Below, in pieces: positions 56,027 through 64,000 of a DNA stretch of 64,000 nt. The notes beneath the pieces are model-generated. The model saw only the letters and a program-made list of their open reading frames with translations. It had not been told where the DNA came from and did no database searches. Where the stretch lies: the IMG/VR virus record IMGVR_UViG_3300046169_000069; one strand, 5' to 3'. Positions within the stretch are counted from its first letter, which is position 1, and each line of letters opens with the position of its first letter. A program made the position numbers and the translations under genes. The stretch is from a virus.

Positions 56027-58021
56027 TTAACCCTCGCAGGCCCGACATTCGTCGCCACCGTCACTTGGTTCGTACTCCACTTCACCCTTTAGATGCATCA
56101 TAAGATCTTCATAACCACCTATGTACTTGCCTTCCAGATAAATTTGAGGAACTGTCTCGACCTTTCTTCCTGTAACCTCTGCGGCAGACTTCTTTATCTC
56201 CTCAAGGTCAACGTAGTCATAATCTATGCCGCGTAGCGACAGTTCCTCTGCGGCCATTTTACAATACGGACAATCTTTTTTTCCGTAAAGTATGGTACGG
56301 TTGTCGTCTTGTAACGCAACCCGTTCCACTTTGTCTGATACCGTCTCCGCACGAGACTTTGCCTCTGTGCGCAAATAGTACAGACCTTTCAATCCTTTCC
56401 TCCAGGCCGTGAAATGCACCTTGTTAACATAACGTTTCGGTGTTCCTGACGGGAAGAAAAGATTAACCGACTGACCCTGACAGATGTACTGTTGTCTGTC
56501 AGCCGCGTGTGTCACTACCCAGTTTTGATCCAGTTCTTGTGCAGTCTTAAAGACCGCCTTCTCACCTTCATTTAAGAACGGTAAGTGTTGAACCGATCCC
56601 TTGCGGGTAATGATACTAGACCACGTAGATTCGTTGTCCTGACCCTTCTCTTTGAGTAGGGCCGTTAGATACGAGTTCTTCACCAAAAACGAACCTGCAC
56701 GAGTTCTATGCGTATAAGCACATGCCTTCAATGGTTCAATTGATGGTGACGTGGATAAGATGACTCCCGACGACGCGTTAGGTGCTATTGCTAGTAGATG
56801 GGCATTGCGCATCCCTGAACCTAAACCGTCTGAGTATTCACCCCGCTCTTTCGCAAGGAGTCTTGATTCTTCTTTTGCTTCGTGATTGATATGTTCAAAC
56901 ACGACATTATTTATTTCTCGGGCTTTGTCAGATTCCCAAGCAACAAAGTGTTTCTGTAGGAGTGAATGGAAACCCATTGCTCCAAGTCCAATGCTTCTTT
57001 CACGTGCCGCCGAATAACGGGCGCGGGAAATACTATCTGGCGCATGACCGATGAAGTATTCGAGAACGTTATCCAGCATACGAATAAGATCCCGCACGAT
57101 ATTAGTGTCTTTCCACTCATCATAGTATTCCAAGTTTAGTGATGACAAACAACATACCGCAGTCCTGTCTGGACCTGTCGGCAAGTGAATCTCGTTACAT
57201 AGGTTTGACCCGTGAATCTTTAGTCCTTTCTCCTTTAGTGGCATTGGGAGCGCACGATTCGCAGTGTCAATAAAATTCAAGTACGGTTCTCCCGTACGGA
57301 AACGTACCTCAAGGATTCGTTCCCATAATTTACGCGCATTGACAGAATCTTTCACAATACCATCTTTTGGGTCACGTAAGTCAAAATCTGTATTGTTGAT
57401 CACCGCAGCCATAAACTCATCGGTGATGTTGATCGCATTGTGTATGTTCAGCGCCTTACGTTGTACGTCGCCTGTAGGAATGCGAATGTTTAGAAATTCC
57501 ATGATGTCTGGATGATGCACATCCAGATACGCCGCATAAGACCCCTTACGTGTCTTGCCTTGGCGATACGCGATCATGTCTGCATCTACTGTGTGTAGAA
57601 ACGGAATCGGGCCAGGCGCGATGTCAGAGACCGTACGCACGTCTCCCCAGTGTCCACCGACACCACCGCCCATTACGGATAACCAACGCAACTCCGAAGA
57701 GTGTTCAATCAGTCCTTCAAGTGTGTCTGGGACATAGGTAAGAAAACAAGAGATGGGAAGTCCGCGAGTGTCCGCGCCTTCTTTGGGTGCGTTTGACAGA
57801 ACCGGAGACGCAAACATAAACCATTTCTTTGAGGCATATTCATAAAGCCTCTGCGCTAGATACGGATCTACTTGATCTTGATATGTTGACCACGCTTCTG
57901 CAGCTCTTGCGTACGCATCTTGGGGCGACTCTTCACCCTCAATCATATAGAAATCTTTTAACATACCTATCGCATAGTCTGTTAACAGATCATCGCGATC
58001 GTAATTCACATCTACTTTCAT
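56027..58021 (-). CDS. nrdA: Ribonucleotide reductase class Ia alpha subunit with inserted glutaredoxin domain
   Basis: ASPVLSN, PISCF, GSNLCNEI, VCCLSSLN, AIAPNASS, GLYYLR; then CPYC...TVPQIY..GKYIGGY; ends CRACEG. Confidence 0.97.
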   Translation of the reverse strand: MKVDVNYDRDDLLTDYAIGMLKDFYMIEGEESPQDAYARAAEAWSTYQDQVDPYLAQRLYEYASKKWFMFASPVLSNAPKEGADTRGLPISCFLTYVPDTLEGLIEHSSELRWLSVMGGGVGGHWGDVRTVSDIAPGPIPFLHTVDADMIAYRQGKTRKGSYAAYLDVHHPDIMEFLNIRIPTGDVQRKALNIHNAINITDEFMAAVINNTDFDLRDPKDGIVKDSVNARKLWERILEVRFRTGEPYLNFIDTANRALPMPLKEKGLKIHGSNLCNEIHLPTGPDRTAVCCLSSLNLEYYDEWKDTNIVRDLIRMLDNVLEYFIGHAPDSISRARYSAARERSIGLGAMGFHSLLQKHFVAWESDKAREINNVVFEHINHEAKEESRLLAKERGEYSDGLGSGMRNAHLLAIAPNASSGVILSTSPSIEPLKACAYTHRTRAGSFLVKNSYLTALLKEKGQDNESTWSSIITRKGSVQHLPFLNEGEKAVFKTAQELDQNWVVTHAADRQQYICQGQSVNLFFPSGTPKRYVNKVHFTAWRKGLKGLYYLRTEAKSRAETVSDKVERVALQDDNRTILYGKKDCPYCKMAAEELSLRGIDYDYVDLEEIKKSAAEVTGRKVETVPQIYLEGKYIGGYEDLMMHLKGEVEYEPSDGGDECRACEG

Positions 58022-58043
58022 TTTTTATTCCAAACTGTAGAGA

Positions 58044-58496
58044 TTATCTTCTCAAAGAAAAATAACCATTTTCAAGTATTTTTGGCGCTATTGATTCGTA
58101 ATTACGAATGTCTTTCAGATAGTATATATGATCTGCGGCTTTCGCCCAAAGACCATCTTTCGGGTCTTTCTCGAATACCTTATACCATCTTTGCAACCAC
58201 TCTTCAGAAGATTCTGGATCTCTCCTCACGGAGTTATGAACCCACTTAATGTACTGTTCCTCCGTGACAACCGACACGTCTAGATAGATGCCTTGTTCAC
58301 GACATTGGAACTTTGCACGAGACCACCTACTACCCATTGTGGCGTCTATGAAATCAGACACCAATATGATGTATGCAGTGTCTTCTCTGACTGAACAATA
58401 CTTGACAGTATACTCGGTAAGTGTGGTCTTGTCAAGGTTAGATATGACTTTATATGCCTTGCTGTTTGTTTTCAAATTATTCAGTGCTGAGGACAT
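58044..58496 (-). CDS. Hypothetical protein
   Basis: ORF upstream of nrdA. Confidence 0.6.
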   Translation of the reverse strand: MSSALNNLKTNSKAYKVISNLDKTTLTEYTVKYCSVREDTAYIILVSDFIDATMGSRWSRAKFQCREQGIYLDVSVVTEEQYIKWVHNSVRRDPESSEEWLQRWYKVFEKDPKDGLWAKAADHIYYLKDIRNYESIAPKILENGYFSLRR

Positions 58497-58497
58497 A

Positions 58498-58839
58498 TTA
58501 TTTTGAGTAATCATAAAAGGGTTCATCTTCTTGATAATCATAGTTTTCTACGATCATCTGTTGGCCAGTGTTCCAGAATTTTTGACAACAATCTATGATA
58601 TAATCAAGTTGTTCTTTTTTGTCAAACAAACCTTCCCATAAGAGATGATTTGAAAACGAGAGAGAAGGGTCTTCAGTTAGAAATCTACTGTAAGCAAAAT
58701 CTTCACCGACATAACCTTTCATAGGAACATAGACAAGCCTAGATTCATCATATGACGGAAGTATCATATTCGGATCTTCGTTTGAGGATTCTAGTAAGAT
58801 AATTTTAAAATCTAAACAGTCTATAATCTTCATGACCAA
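58498..58839 (-). CDS. Hypothetical protein
   Basis: Acidic ORF ending EDEPFYDYSK. Confidence 0.6.
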   Translation of the reverse strand: MVMKIIDCLDFKIILLESSNEDPNMILPSYDESRLVYVPMKGYVGEDFAYSRFLTEDPSLSFSNHLLWEGLFDKKEQLDYIIDCCQKFWNTGQQMIVENYDYQEDEPFYDYSK

Positions 58840-58895
58840 ACCTTTAATTTGACGTAGAAGTATATAGTATTTTGGAGTACTTGTAAAGGGAGATA

Positions 58896-59075
58896 TTAGA
58901 TTTTTTTTGGTAGGAGTCTGCGCAAAATCTTGACAGCGTCTTTGCGCTTATTTTTACGATCGTACTTTTTACGTATGATGACGGTAGAAGAATCGTCACC
59001 TGCGCCAGGCACACCACTGGTATTGTTGGTGATTTCTTCATCAAACTGTTTTATAAACTCTCGATACGTCTTCAT
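58896..59075 (-). CDS. Small putative internal head protein, 59 aa (not in ORF track)
   Basis: MKTYREFIKQFDEE resembles the T4 internal-protein capsid targeting sequence MKTYQEFIAE; basic C-terminus. Confidence 0.7.
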   Translation of the reverse strand: MKTYREFIKQFDEEITNNTSGVPGAGDDSSTVIIRKKYDRKNKRKDAVKILRRLLPKKI

Positions 59076-59666
59076 TTCGCAATCTCATTTGCAGAGAACA
59101 AAACTCTGCGGCCGGTTTTAATATGTGTGCCTTCGTAAACTGGGATGCCCAAGATATCGCAACTTAGGTTATTTTCTTCCACACGAATCTTATCGTCTTT
59201 TCGGACTATCTCTTCTGCCTGATCTGTCATCGTGTCATTTTGTATGCGGTAGAGGCCAGGACCCAAATTCCCGTCTGACATTACATACCACTTAGAGTTC
59301 TCTAGTAGAGCTTTCCATTAGATCAATGCCCGTCTCTTCGTGTATCTTTTGGATTTGATTGTCGGACAGTTCGCCGTGTTCTTTGATCAACGCAAGTGCA
59401 GCACCGTATCGTGCGACAATAGATGATCCGCCAGGCACCTTTGCCATAAGCCTCTTTAGATTGAATACAAGACGATGGAATGCGGTGTAGTGCGATCTGT
59501 ATGCGTCACGGTTATCCATTGTGTCCATAGAGAAATCTTTTCGTTTGTTTCCGTCCGCGTCAATGATACCCGCCTTAAATGCGTTGGTATCCTCGAACTT
59601 AGTCACGAGTAATTTCAAGAAACGAATTGTATAGACGATGTCCGCCGCTGACTTAAGGATTCCCAT
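59072..59666 (-). CDS. Conserved T4-like protein (indel near 59300)
   Basis: AAD.VYT.RFLKLLV..FE.T.A.K.GIID.DG, YT.FHRLVFNLKRL, YGAAL.LIKE. Confidence 0.75.
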
Positions 59667-60022
59667 TAGAGTGCTCTCAATTTATCTATTACGTATTTAT
59701 CCATTTCTATGCCTGTGATGTCTTCGGTTCGTATTGCGCGAAGAAATACCAAAAAGGGTTTGAGGGTAGTCCATTGTTCTAGAGGTATTTTAAGGGCGAG
59801 CATCTCTACTCCAGCCTCGTGACCAAATACGTTGAAAATGACGATGAGGTGATTGAGTATTAATCTTTCTGCTAGATCGCCATTTTGATGATACCGATTA
59901 ATCAATCGTTTAACATATTTAAATTTTTTCAGGTCGTCAAAAAACTCTTCACCGTCAATGTGCTTAGGGTTATAGTAATGTTTGGCAGCATACACAACCA
60001 AATTGTTTTTTGTTAGCTTCAT
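59666..60022 (-). CDS. Conserved T4-like protein (DUF7207-like)
   Basis: YAAKHYYNP....EEF.DDLK.FKY.KRL..RY...G.L.ERLILNH.I..FNVF. Confidence 0.8.
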   Translation of the reverse strand: MKLTKNNLVVYAAKHYYNPKHIDGEEFFDDLKKFKYVKRLINRYHQNGDLAERLILNHLIVIFNVFGHEAGVEMLALKIPLEQWTTLKPFLVFLRAIRTEDITGIEMDKYVIDKLRAL

Positions 60023-60063
60023 GATAAAGACTTTAGAAGTGTGGTCAGATTTATTTAGACGCA

Positions 60064-60092
60064 CAAAAAAACCGCAGTATCAACTGCGGTTT
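60064..60092 (-). terminator. Intrinsic terminator
   Basis: ACCGCAGT-N4-ACTGCGGT followed by a U-tract on the minus strand. Confidence 0.85.
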
Positions 60093-60108
60093 CAAAAGAA
60101 TAGTTAGA

Positions 60109-60327
60109 TTACTCTGAATCTTTTACTTCGAAGATGTAAGGTGCGTCTTCTGCAGGTTCTACTACTTTAGGTTTTTTCTTGACTGGAGTAGGGTTTTTGG
60201 CTTCATGCCATTCTGCAATCTGTTCCTTAGAGAAGTTCTGCATTTTTAGAACTTCACCGGTATATGGGTCTAACCAACCAGCCCTAGAAGGAACTGCGTT
60301 ACTACACCACTTAGGAGCCTTGATCAT
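60109..60327 (-). CDS. Small conserved protein
   Basis: IKAPKWC..AVP...GW.DP.TGEVL. Confidence 0.7.
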   Translation of the reverse strand: MIKAPKWCSNAVPSRAGWLDPYTGEVLKMQNFSKEQIAEWHEAKNPTPVKKKPKVVEPAEDAPYIFEVKDSE

Positions 60328-60328
60328 A

Positions 60329-61178
60329 TTACTTTCCTTTTACTGGATTGACGACTGACTTATCGCCATTAGATAGATTGTCTGCACCACTTCGTGCAGG
60401 CGCTTGTTTCTTGACTGCCTTAGCAGCAGCAAAAGTTTTCTTATGACTATCTTCTTCTTCGCCTTCAACTTTCTTATCAGACTTCTTGTGCATACCAATG
60501 ACTTTCTTGTCATGTTCAGAAGAATGATCATCATATTTTTCAGGAGCAAGTGCGCCTTTCTTAGGATTTGCGGCTTCAGCGAATGCCGGACCACATATCT
60601 GCAAACGATCCACTTAGGTCTAGACTCTCGATCTTGGAGATCTCTGATTTCTTATCAGCAGTCTTAGGGTTTTTCTTGACAGGATTCTCTTCGTCATCCT
60701 TTGCATCGATCGCGTCGTCCGTTGCGGCACGCTTCTTGTGTAGGTATTCGTCAGAAGAATCTGTATCGCCATCATTATCGATGTCCTTGTCCTTACGATC
60801 TTTGAACTTCTTATCGTTCTCTTTATCGTCTACCGGATCAAGTTTCTTCTCAGACACTTCGTGATAACCTTTGTTATCGCAGTGGTCACAACCTTTGCCT
60901 TCACACTTAGGACACTCTTTCTGTCCTTCTTTGTAAGTTTTTTTGCCACAGGCTTCGTCTAGTTCTGGTTCGACTTCTTCTTTAACAGTTCCGGACACAC
61001 GCAATGCTGCGATGAACGCCTTGGCTTGTGGACCTTTGATGCCCGCTTTAGACATTGCTTTATTGATAGCACCGCGATTCCACGGTCCCATGTTTACTGC
61101 TTCCTCTAGAGTTTCCTCTGCCTGAGGCTCGGAGACCATTCCCAAATACGCCTCCATAATTTTAGTGATATCTGACAT
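60329..61178 (-). CDS. Putative internal head/core protein (indel near 60595)
   Basis: LEEA/LDEA/VSE motifs, CPKCEGKGCDHC, LDPVD..DIDNDGDTDSSDEYLHKKR. Confidence 0.7.
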
Positions 61179-61197
61179 TATAGTCTCCGTTAATTAA

Positions 61198-61509
61198 TTA
61201 TGCATCAAAGAAAATTTTGATGACTACACCGGCAAAGATTGTTGCAGATAATGTAATAATGTACTGCATTACTTTAACAGTCTTTCCTTGTTCTTGAACA
61301 TTATCTTCGATTTCGTCCATTCGAGTTGAGAAACGATTCATACGTTCAAAGTGTTGTGAGTTCGCTTTCTCAATGTTAATAAGCTTTTCTTCCGCTCTTG
61401 CAAGATCAATCATTGCATCGGAAAGCTTGTCTATTTTGTCCTCGATTCTTGCGAGGCGTTGCTCTTCACGTTGCACATGCTCTTGTAAAATTTGGTTGTT
61501 ATCTGCCAT
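61198..61509 (-). CDS. Coiled-coil protein with C-terminal TM
   Basis: RLARIEDKIDKLSDAMIDLARAEEKL; terminal hydrophobic helix. Confidence 0.7.
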   Translation of the reverse strand: MADNNQILQEHVQREEQRLARIEDKIDKLSDAMIDLARAEEKLINIEKANSQHFERMNRFSTRMDEIEDNVQEQGKTVKVMQYIITLSATIFAGVVIKIFFDA

Positions 61510-61595
61510 GTCTCGATCAGCCCATTAGTATTGATAATATAAGTCATATGATAATTATTATATAATTAGTTGACTTATGGTTTAAGGTTTGTGTT

Positions 61596-61603
61596 TATTT
61601 ATA
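61596..61603 (-). promoter_or_regulatory. Late promoter TATAAATA
   Basis: Exact motif. Confidence 0.7.
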
Positions 61604-61611
61604 ACAATCAA

Positions 61612-61929
61612 TTACCATGCGCGACACGACCAATATCGTGCCTTCCACTTCGGGCCAGGATCTGCACAATTGTGCCTAGCTCGAAAACTTTTACGACGAG
61701 CAGGGTTGTCTTTTTTAATCTCCATATTCGGATCACCGAATGAGACCTTCACGACATTTCCCTTCTCGTTCTTTGTATACACGTAGAACTTCTTAGACCC
61801 ACCACGTACAGGTTTGTTCAATGTAACAGTCTTACCCTGATACTCTGCTTCGGTCAGTTCTAACTCTTCGTCGAGAGACTTACACGCCTCACAACATCTT
61901 TCTTCTACATACTGTTTAAACTTTTTCAT
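61612..61929 (-). CDS. DUF6321-like basic protein
   Basis: EAEYQGK.V.LNKP, KVSFGDP, RRKSFRARHNC, ARYWSC..W. Confidence 0.8.
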   Translation of the reverse strand: MKKFKQYVEERCCEACKSLDEELELTEAEYQGKTVTLNKPVRGGSKKFYVYTKNEKGNVVKVSFGDPNMEIKKDNPARRKSFRARHNCADPGPKWKARYWSCRAW

Positions 61930-63029
61930 TTTGCAAGTAATGCCTTTGCTTTGGCGCGATCGTGGAAAGCGAATGTATAAGACTTACCATCTTTTTCGTC
62001 CTTGACCACATAACCAGTTTTGGTCATCTTAGTGATCTTACCCATTCTCTTATCGCCATTCTTAGGTTCGTAGAAATCAACACCTCTTCCAACATTGATT
62101 GAGTTCTTTGTCTCTGCGCCCATGCCTTTAGTTGCAAGAGTTCGGTAGTTCTCAACAATAGGTTCAACTTCTTCACGCATGAGTTTACCACCTCTCACTC
62201 TGAATCCGTTATCTTTTAGGATCTTAGTGATAGTGGTCTTCTTCGTAAAGTCGTCCATGTCTTTCAACATCTTGGTCAAACCCATGAATGCTTTGTCTTG
62301 GACATTGACGTTAGAGTTATTGTGGATCGCACGAACATATGCCGCAGCCTTCTCGTATTCAATGCCCTTACTCTTGTGTTTCAAGAGTTCTTTAGACATC
62401 TTCATGAAGTCTACTGCTTCTTGCATTTCTACTGATTCGTTTGCTTGTTGAAGTGCCGCTTGTACTGCCTTGTGTTTAGACAGACCCTTCTTCATTTTCT
62501 CAATCTCGCGAACAGCACCTGTCATATTACCGCCCATTTTTTCGGCAGTTTTGATTGCTTTGATAAGTAGGTTTCGGTCAGCAATCTTGTTATGGATTCC
62601 CATATCAGAAAGTTTTGCTTCGTCAAGTTCGACTGACTCGCTCACGTCACTTGCATTGCCATACGAAGACTTTCCGATGACGGACCGCATGAAGTCATTC
62701 AGTTTGCCTTTTGGTCCACTGATACTGACATGGCCGCCCGATGTGGTTGCTTTCAGACCAAATCGTGTTGCGCCCGAAGAAACCTTGTCTGCCATAGTTG
62801 TCTTGATCTTTGCTGTTGCTTCATCAAGTTCAACTGACTCCTTTACAGGCTTGCCACCTTTAGAAATGATACCCTTGTATCCTTCTTTTTCCTTATCAGC
62901 AAGGAATTTCTTGGCGTACACTAATAGGTTGAAAGGCATCGTACGAATAGGACCTTTCTTTGACATTGCGTACTTCACCACAAACTTATCTTTATTTGCG
63001 GATTCTCTTAGTTCAAAAAAATCTTTCAC
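61926..63029 (-). CDS. Putative multi-segment internal head protein
   Basis: GTG start VKDFFELRES; basic segments separated by ESVELDEA, ESVELDEA, ESVEMQEA, EEVEPIVEN. Confidence 0.7.
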   Translation of the reverse strand: MKDFFELRESANKDKFVVKYAMSKKGPIRTMPFNLLVYAKKFLADKEKEGYKGIISKGGKPVKESVELDEATAKIKTTMADKVSSGATRFGLKATTSGGHVSISGPKGKLNDFMRSVIGKSSYGNASDVSESVELDEAKLSDMGIHNKIADRNLLIKAIKTAEKMGGNMTGAVREIEKMKKGLSKHKAVQAALQQANESVEMQEAVDFMKMSKELLKHKSKGIEYEKAAAYVRAIHNNSNVNVQDKAFMGLTKMLKDMDDFTKKTTITKILKDNGFRVRGGKLMREEVEPIVENYRTLATKGMGAETKNSINVGRGVDFYEPKNGDKRMGKITKMTKTGYVVKDEKDGKSYTFAFHDRAKAKALLAK

Positions 63030-63030
63030 T

Positions 63031-63210
63031 TTAACTTCCTCTTGATGCTCCTCGAAATACCTTCGTTCCGGCAACTGGATTGACTGATTTAACTTTATTA
63101 TTTATAGGATTAAAATTAGTCCCGCCATAGTTGTTATCGGATCTCTGTTGCAGTCTTTCTTTTTTTACAGCAGACATTTTCTTATTACGTGGTTTCTTCG
63201 ATTTGCTCAT
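63031..63210 (-). CDS. Small basic protein, 59 aa (not in ORF track)
   Basis: MSKSKKPRNKKMSAVKKERLQQ...FRGASRGS; AAGGA RBS. Confidence 0.55.
   Translation of the reverse strand: MSKSKKPRNKKMSAVKKERLQQRSDNNYGGTNFNPINNKVKSVNPVAGTKVFRGASRGS
63099..63106 (-). promoter_or_regulatory. Late promoter TATAAATA
   Basis: Exact motif about 70 bp upstream of the 63029 start. Confidence 0.65.
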
Positions 63211-63221
63211 ACGTTATCCTT

Positions 63222-64000
63222 TTATTTATTCCATATCAACTTCAGAATTGCGGAGTTTGCACTACCCGAAGAACTATAGAGTCCATGACGTTTTAGAAGG
63301 TTTCTTATTTCTTTACCCTCTTCGGTATCATATGTTTTGTTAACAATTCCTTGAATGCGACTTGCTTCATCCTTTATGATTTTTTCAGCCTTGTAATCGC
63401 CACGTCCCGAACCGTCTGGACGCGTCAGTTGAGTCATACGGTTTGCAATCATTGTCAATGACATAGCAATATCATCAAAGTTTTTACCCTTCTTTTTCAT
63501 GAAGTCTTTATACGCTGTTCTGATCTTATTGACATTTGTTGCTGACGCTTCTTTGACCACTTTCGACGATGATTCAAAGGTAGGGTGTTTGGAGAAAAAT
63601 TTACCACTACTTCCCTTCTTATAACTATTATCATTGTGACTCTTTCTTGTCAATGCACCACCAGCTCGAGCAGATCTTGCTTGATCTCTTTTAGCATTCT
63701 TTACGATCTTATCTGCGTGTTTAGCGCTCAGTTTTTTATTGAGAGCAGTTCTGGTTGGGTTCTTTCTATCTTTCATACCTTTTGGCGCTGGAATCTCAAT
63801 ATCAAATCTCCCCTCAACCGCATATCCCATCTTCTTCAATTCTGCCTTAGAGAAAGATGGTGGTGGCTTACTGAAAAAGTCAGAAGCCTTCTTGATCTTG
63901 TCTAGTTTCTTTTGAGACCCAAGACCATGTTTCGCCGCACGAGCGGAAAGACGGTCTTGTGCAGACCGCCTTGCTTCTCTTATTTCAGTAAACTTTTTCA
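63222..64000 (-). CDS. Putative internal head protein; start probably 1 nt beyond the window
   Basis: Frame open to the edge: (M)KKFTEIREARRSAQDRLSARAAK...; VKEA motif; very basic. Confidence 0.7.
   Translation of the reverse strand, partial: KKFTEIREARRSAQDRLSARAAKHGLGSQKKLDKIKKASDFFSKPPPSFSKAELKKMGYAVEGRFDIEIPAPKGMKDRKNPTRTALNKKLSAKHADKIVKNAKRDQARSARAGGALTRKSHNDNSYKKGSSGKFFSKHPTFESSSKVVKEASATNVNKIRTAYKDFMKKKGKNFDDIAMSLTMIANRMTQLTRPDGSGRGDYKAEKIIKDEASRIQGIVNKTYDTEEGKEIRNLLKRHGLYSSSGSANSAILKLIWNK

Noticed and set aside
1355-60613. Many split ORFs suggesting pseudogenes or a decaying prophage
   Set aside because: Breaks hit essential genes (gp6, gp53, gp26, nrdB) while motifs stay intact on both sides and there are no in-frame stops; this fits long-read indel errors better.
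1-64000. Stop-codon recoding as the cause of short ORFs
   Set aside because: Continuations are in shifted frames, and TAA, TAG and TGA all terminate well-defined genes.

Overview
A 64-kb segment of a T4-like (Tevenvirinae/Kyanoviridae-type gene order) myovirus genome, most likely a marine phage; the host cannot be identified from this window. 1-28 kb is a late structural module: fibre-type proteins, a DUF4815/VrlC-like giant virion protein, gp8, a collagen-like fibre, gp7, gp6, gp25, gp5, a hub protein, gp53, gp48, gp4, gp2, gp19/54-like, gp26/gp51 and a tape-measure-like gene. 28-36 kb holds gp32, gp33 and many small early genes behind near-consensus sigma70 promoters. 38-51 kb is a glycosyltransferase/radical-SAM/carbamoyltransferase-rich accessory region with a lysozyme and holin-like genes. 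51-58 kb is a second early cluster plus nrdA/nrdB. 59-64 kb encodes putative internal head proteins. About 20 indels break essential genes (gp6, gp53, gp26, nrdB), so the sequence looks like an unpolished long-read consensus, and frameshifts are treated as errors unless argued otherwise. Best leads: (i) a collagen fibre directly followed by a 2OG-Fe(II) oxygenase and a GT-A glycosyltransferase, a candidate phage collagen hydroxylation/glycosylation cassette; (ii) a ~112-nt RNA with its own promoter, built from two covarying copies of one structural unit; (iii) a lambda G/GT-like -1 frameshift site joining gp26 to a start-less gp51 just before the tape measure; (iv) a TGTG-N9-CACA box placed 8 or 19 bp (one helical turn apart) upstream of six early promoters. 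All family calls come from motif recognition by eye; no searches were run.
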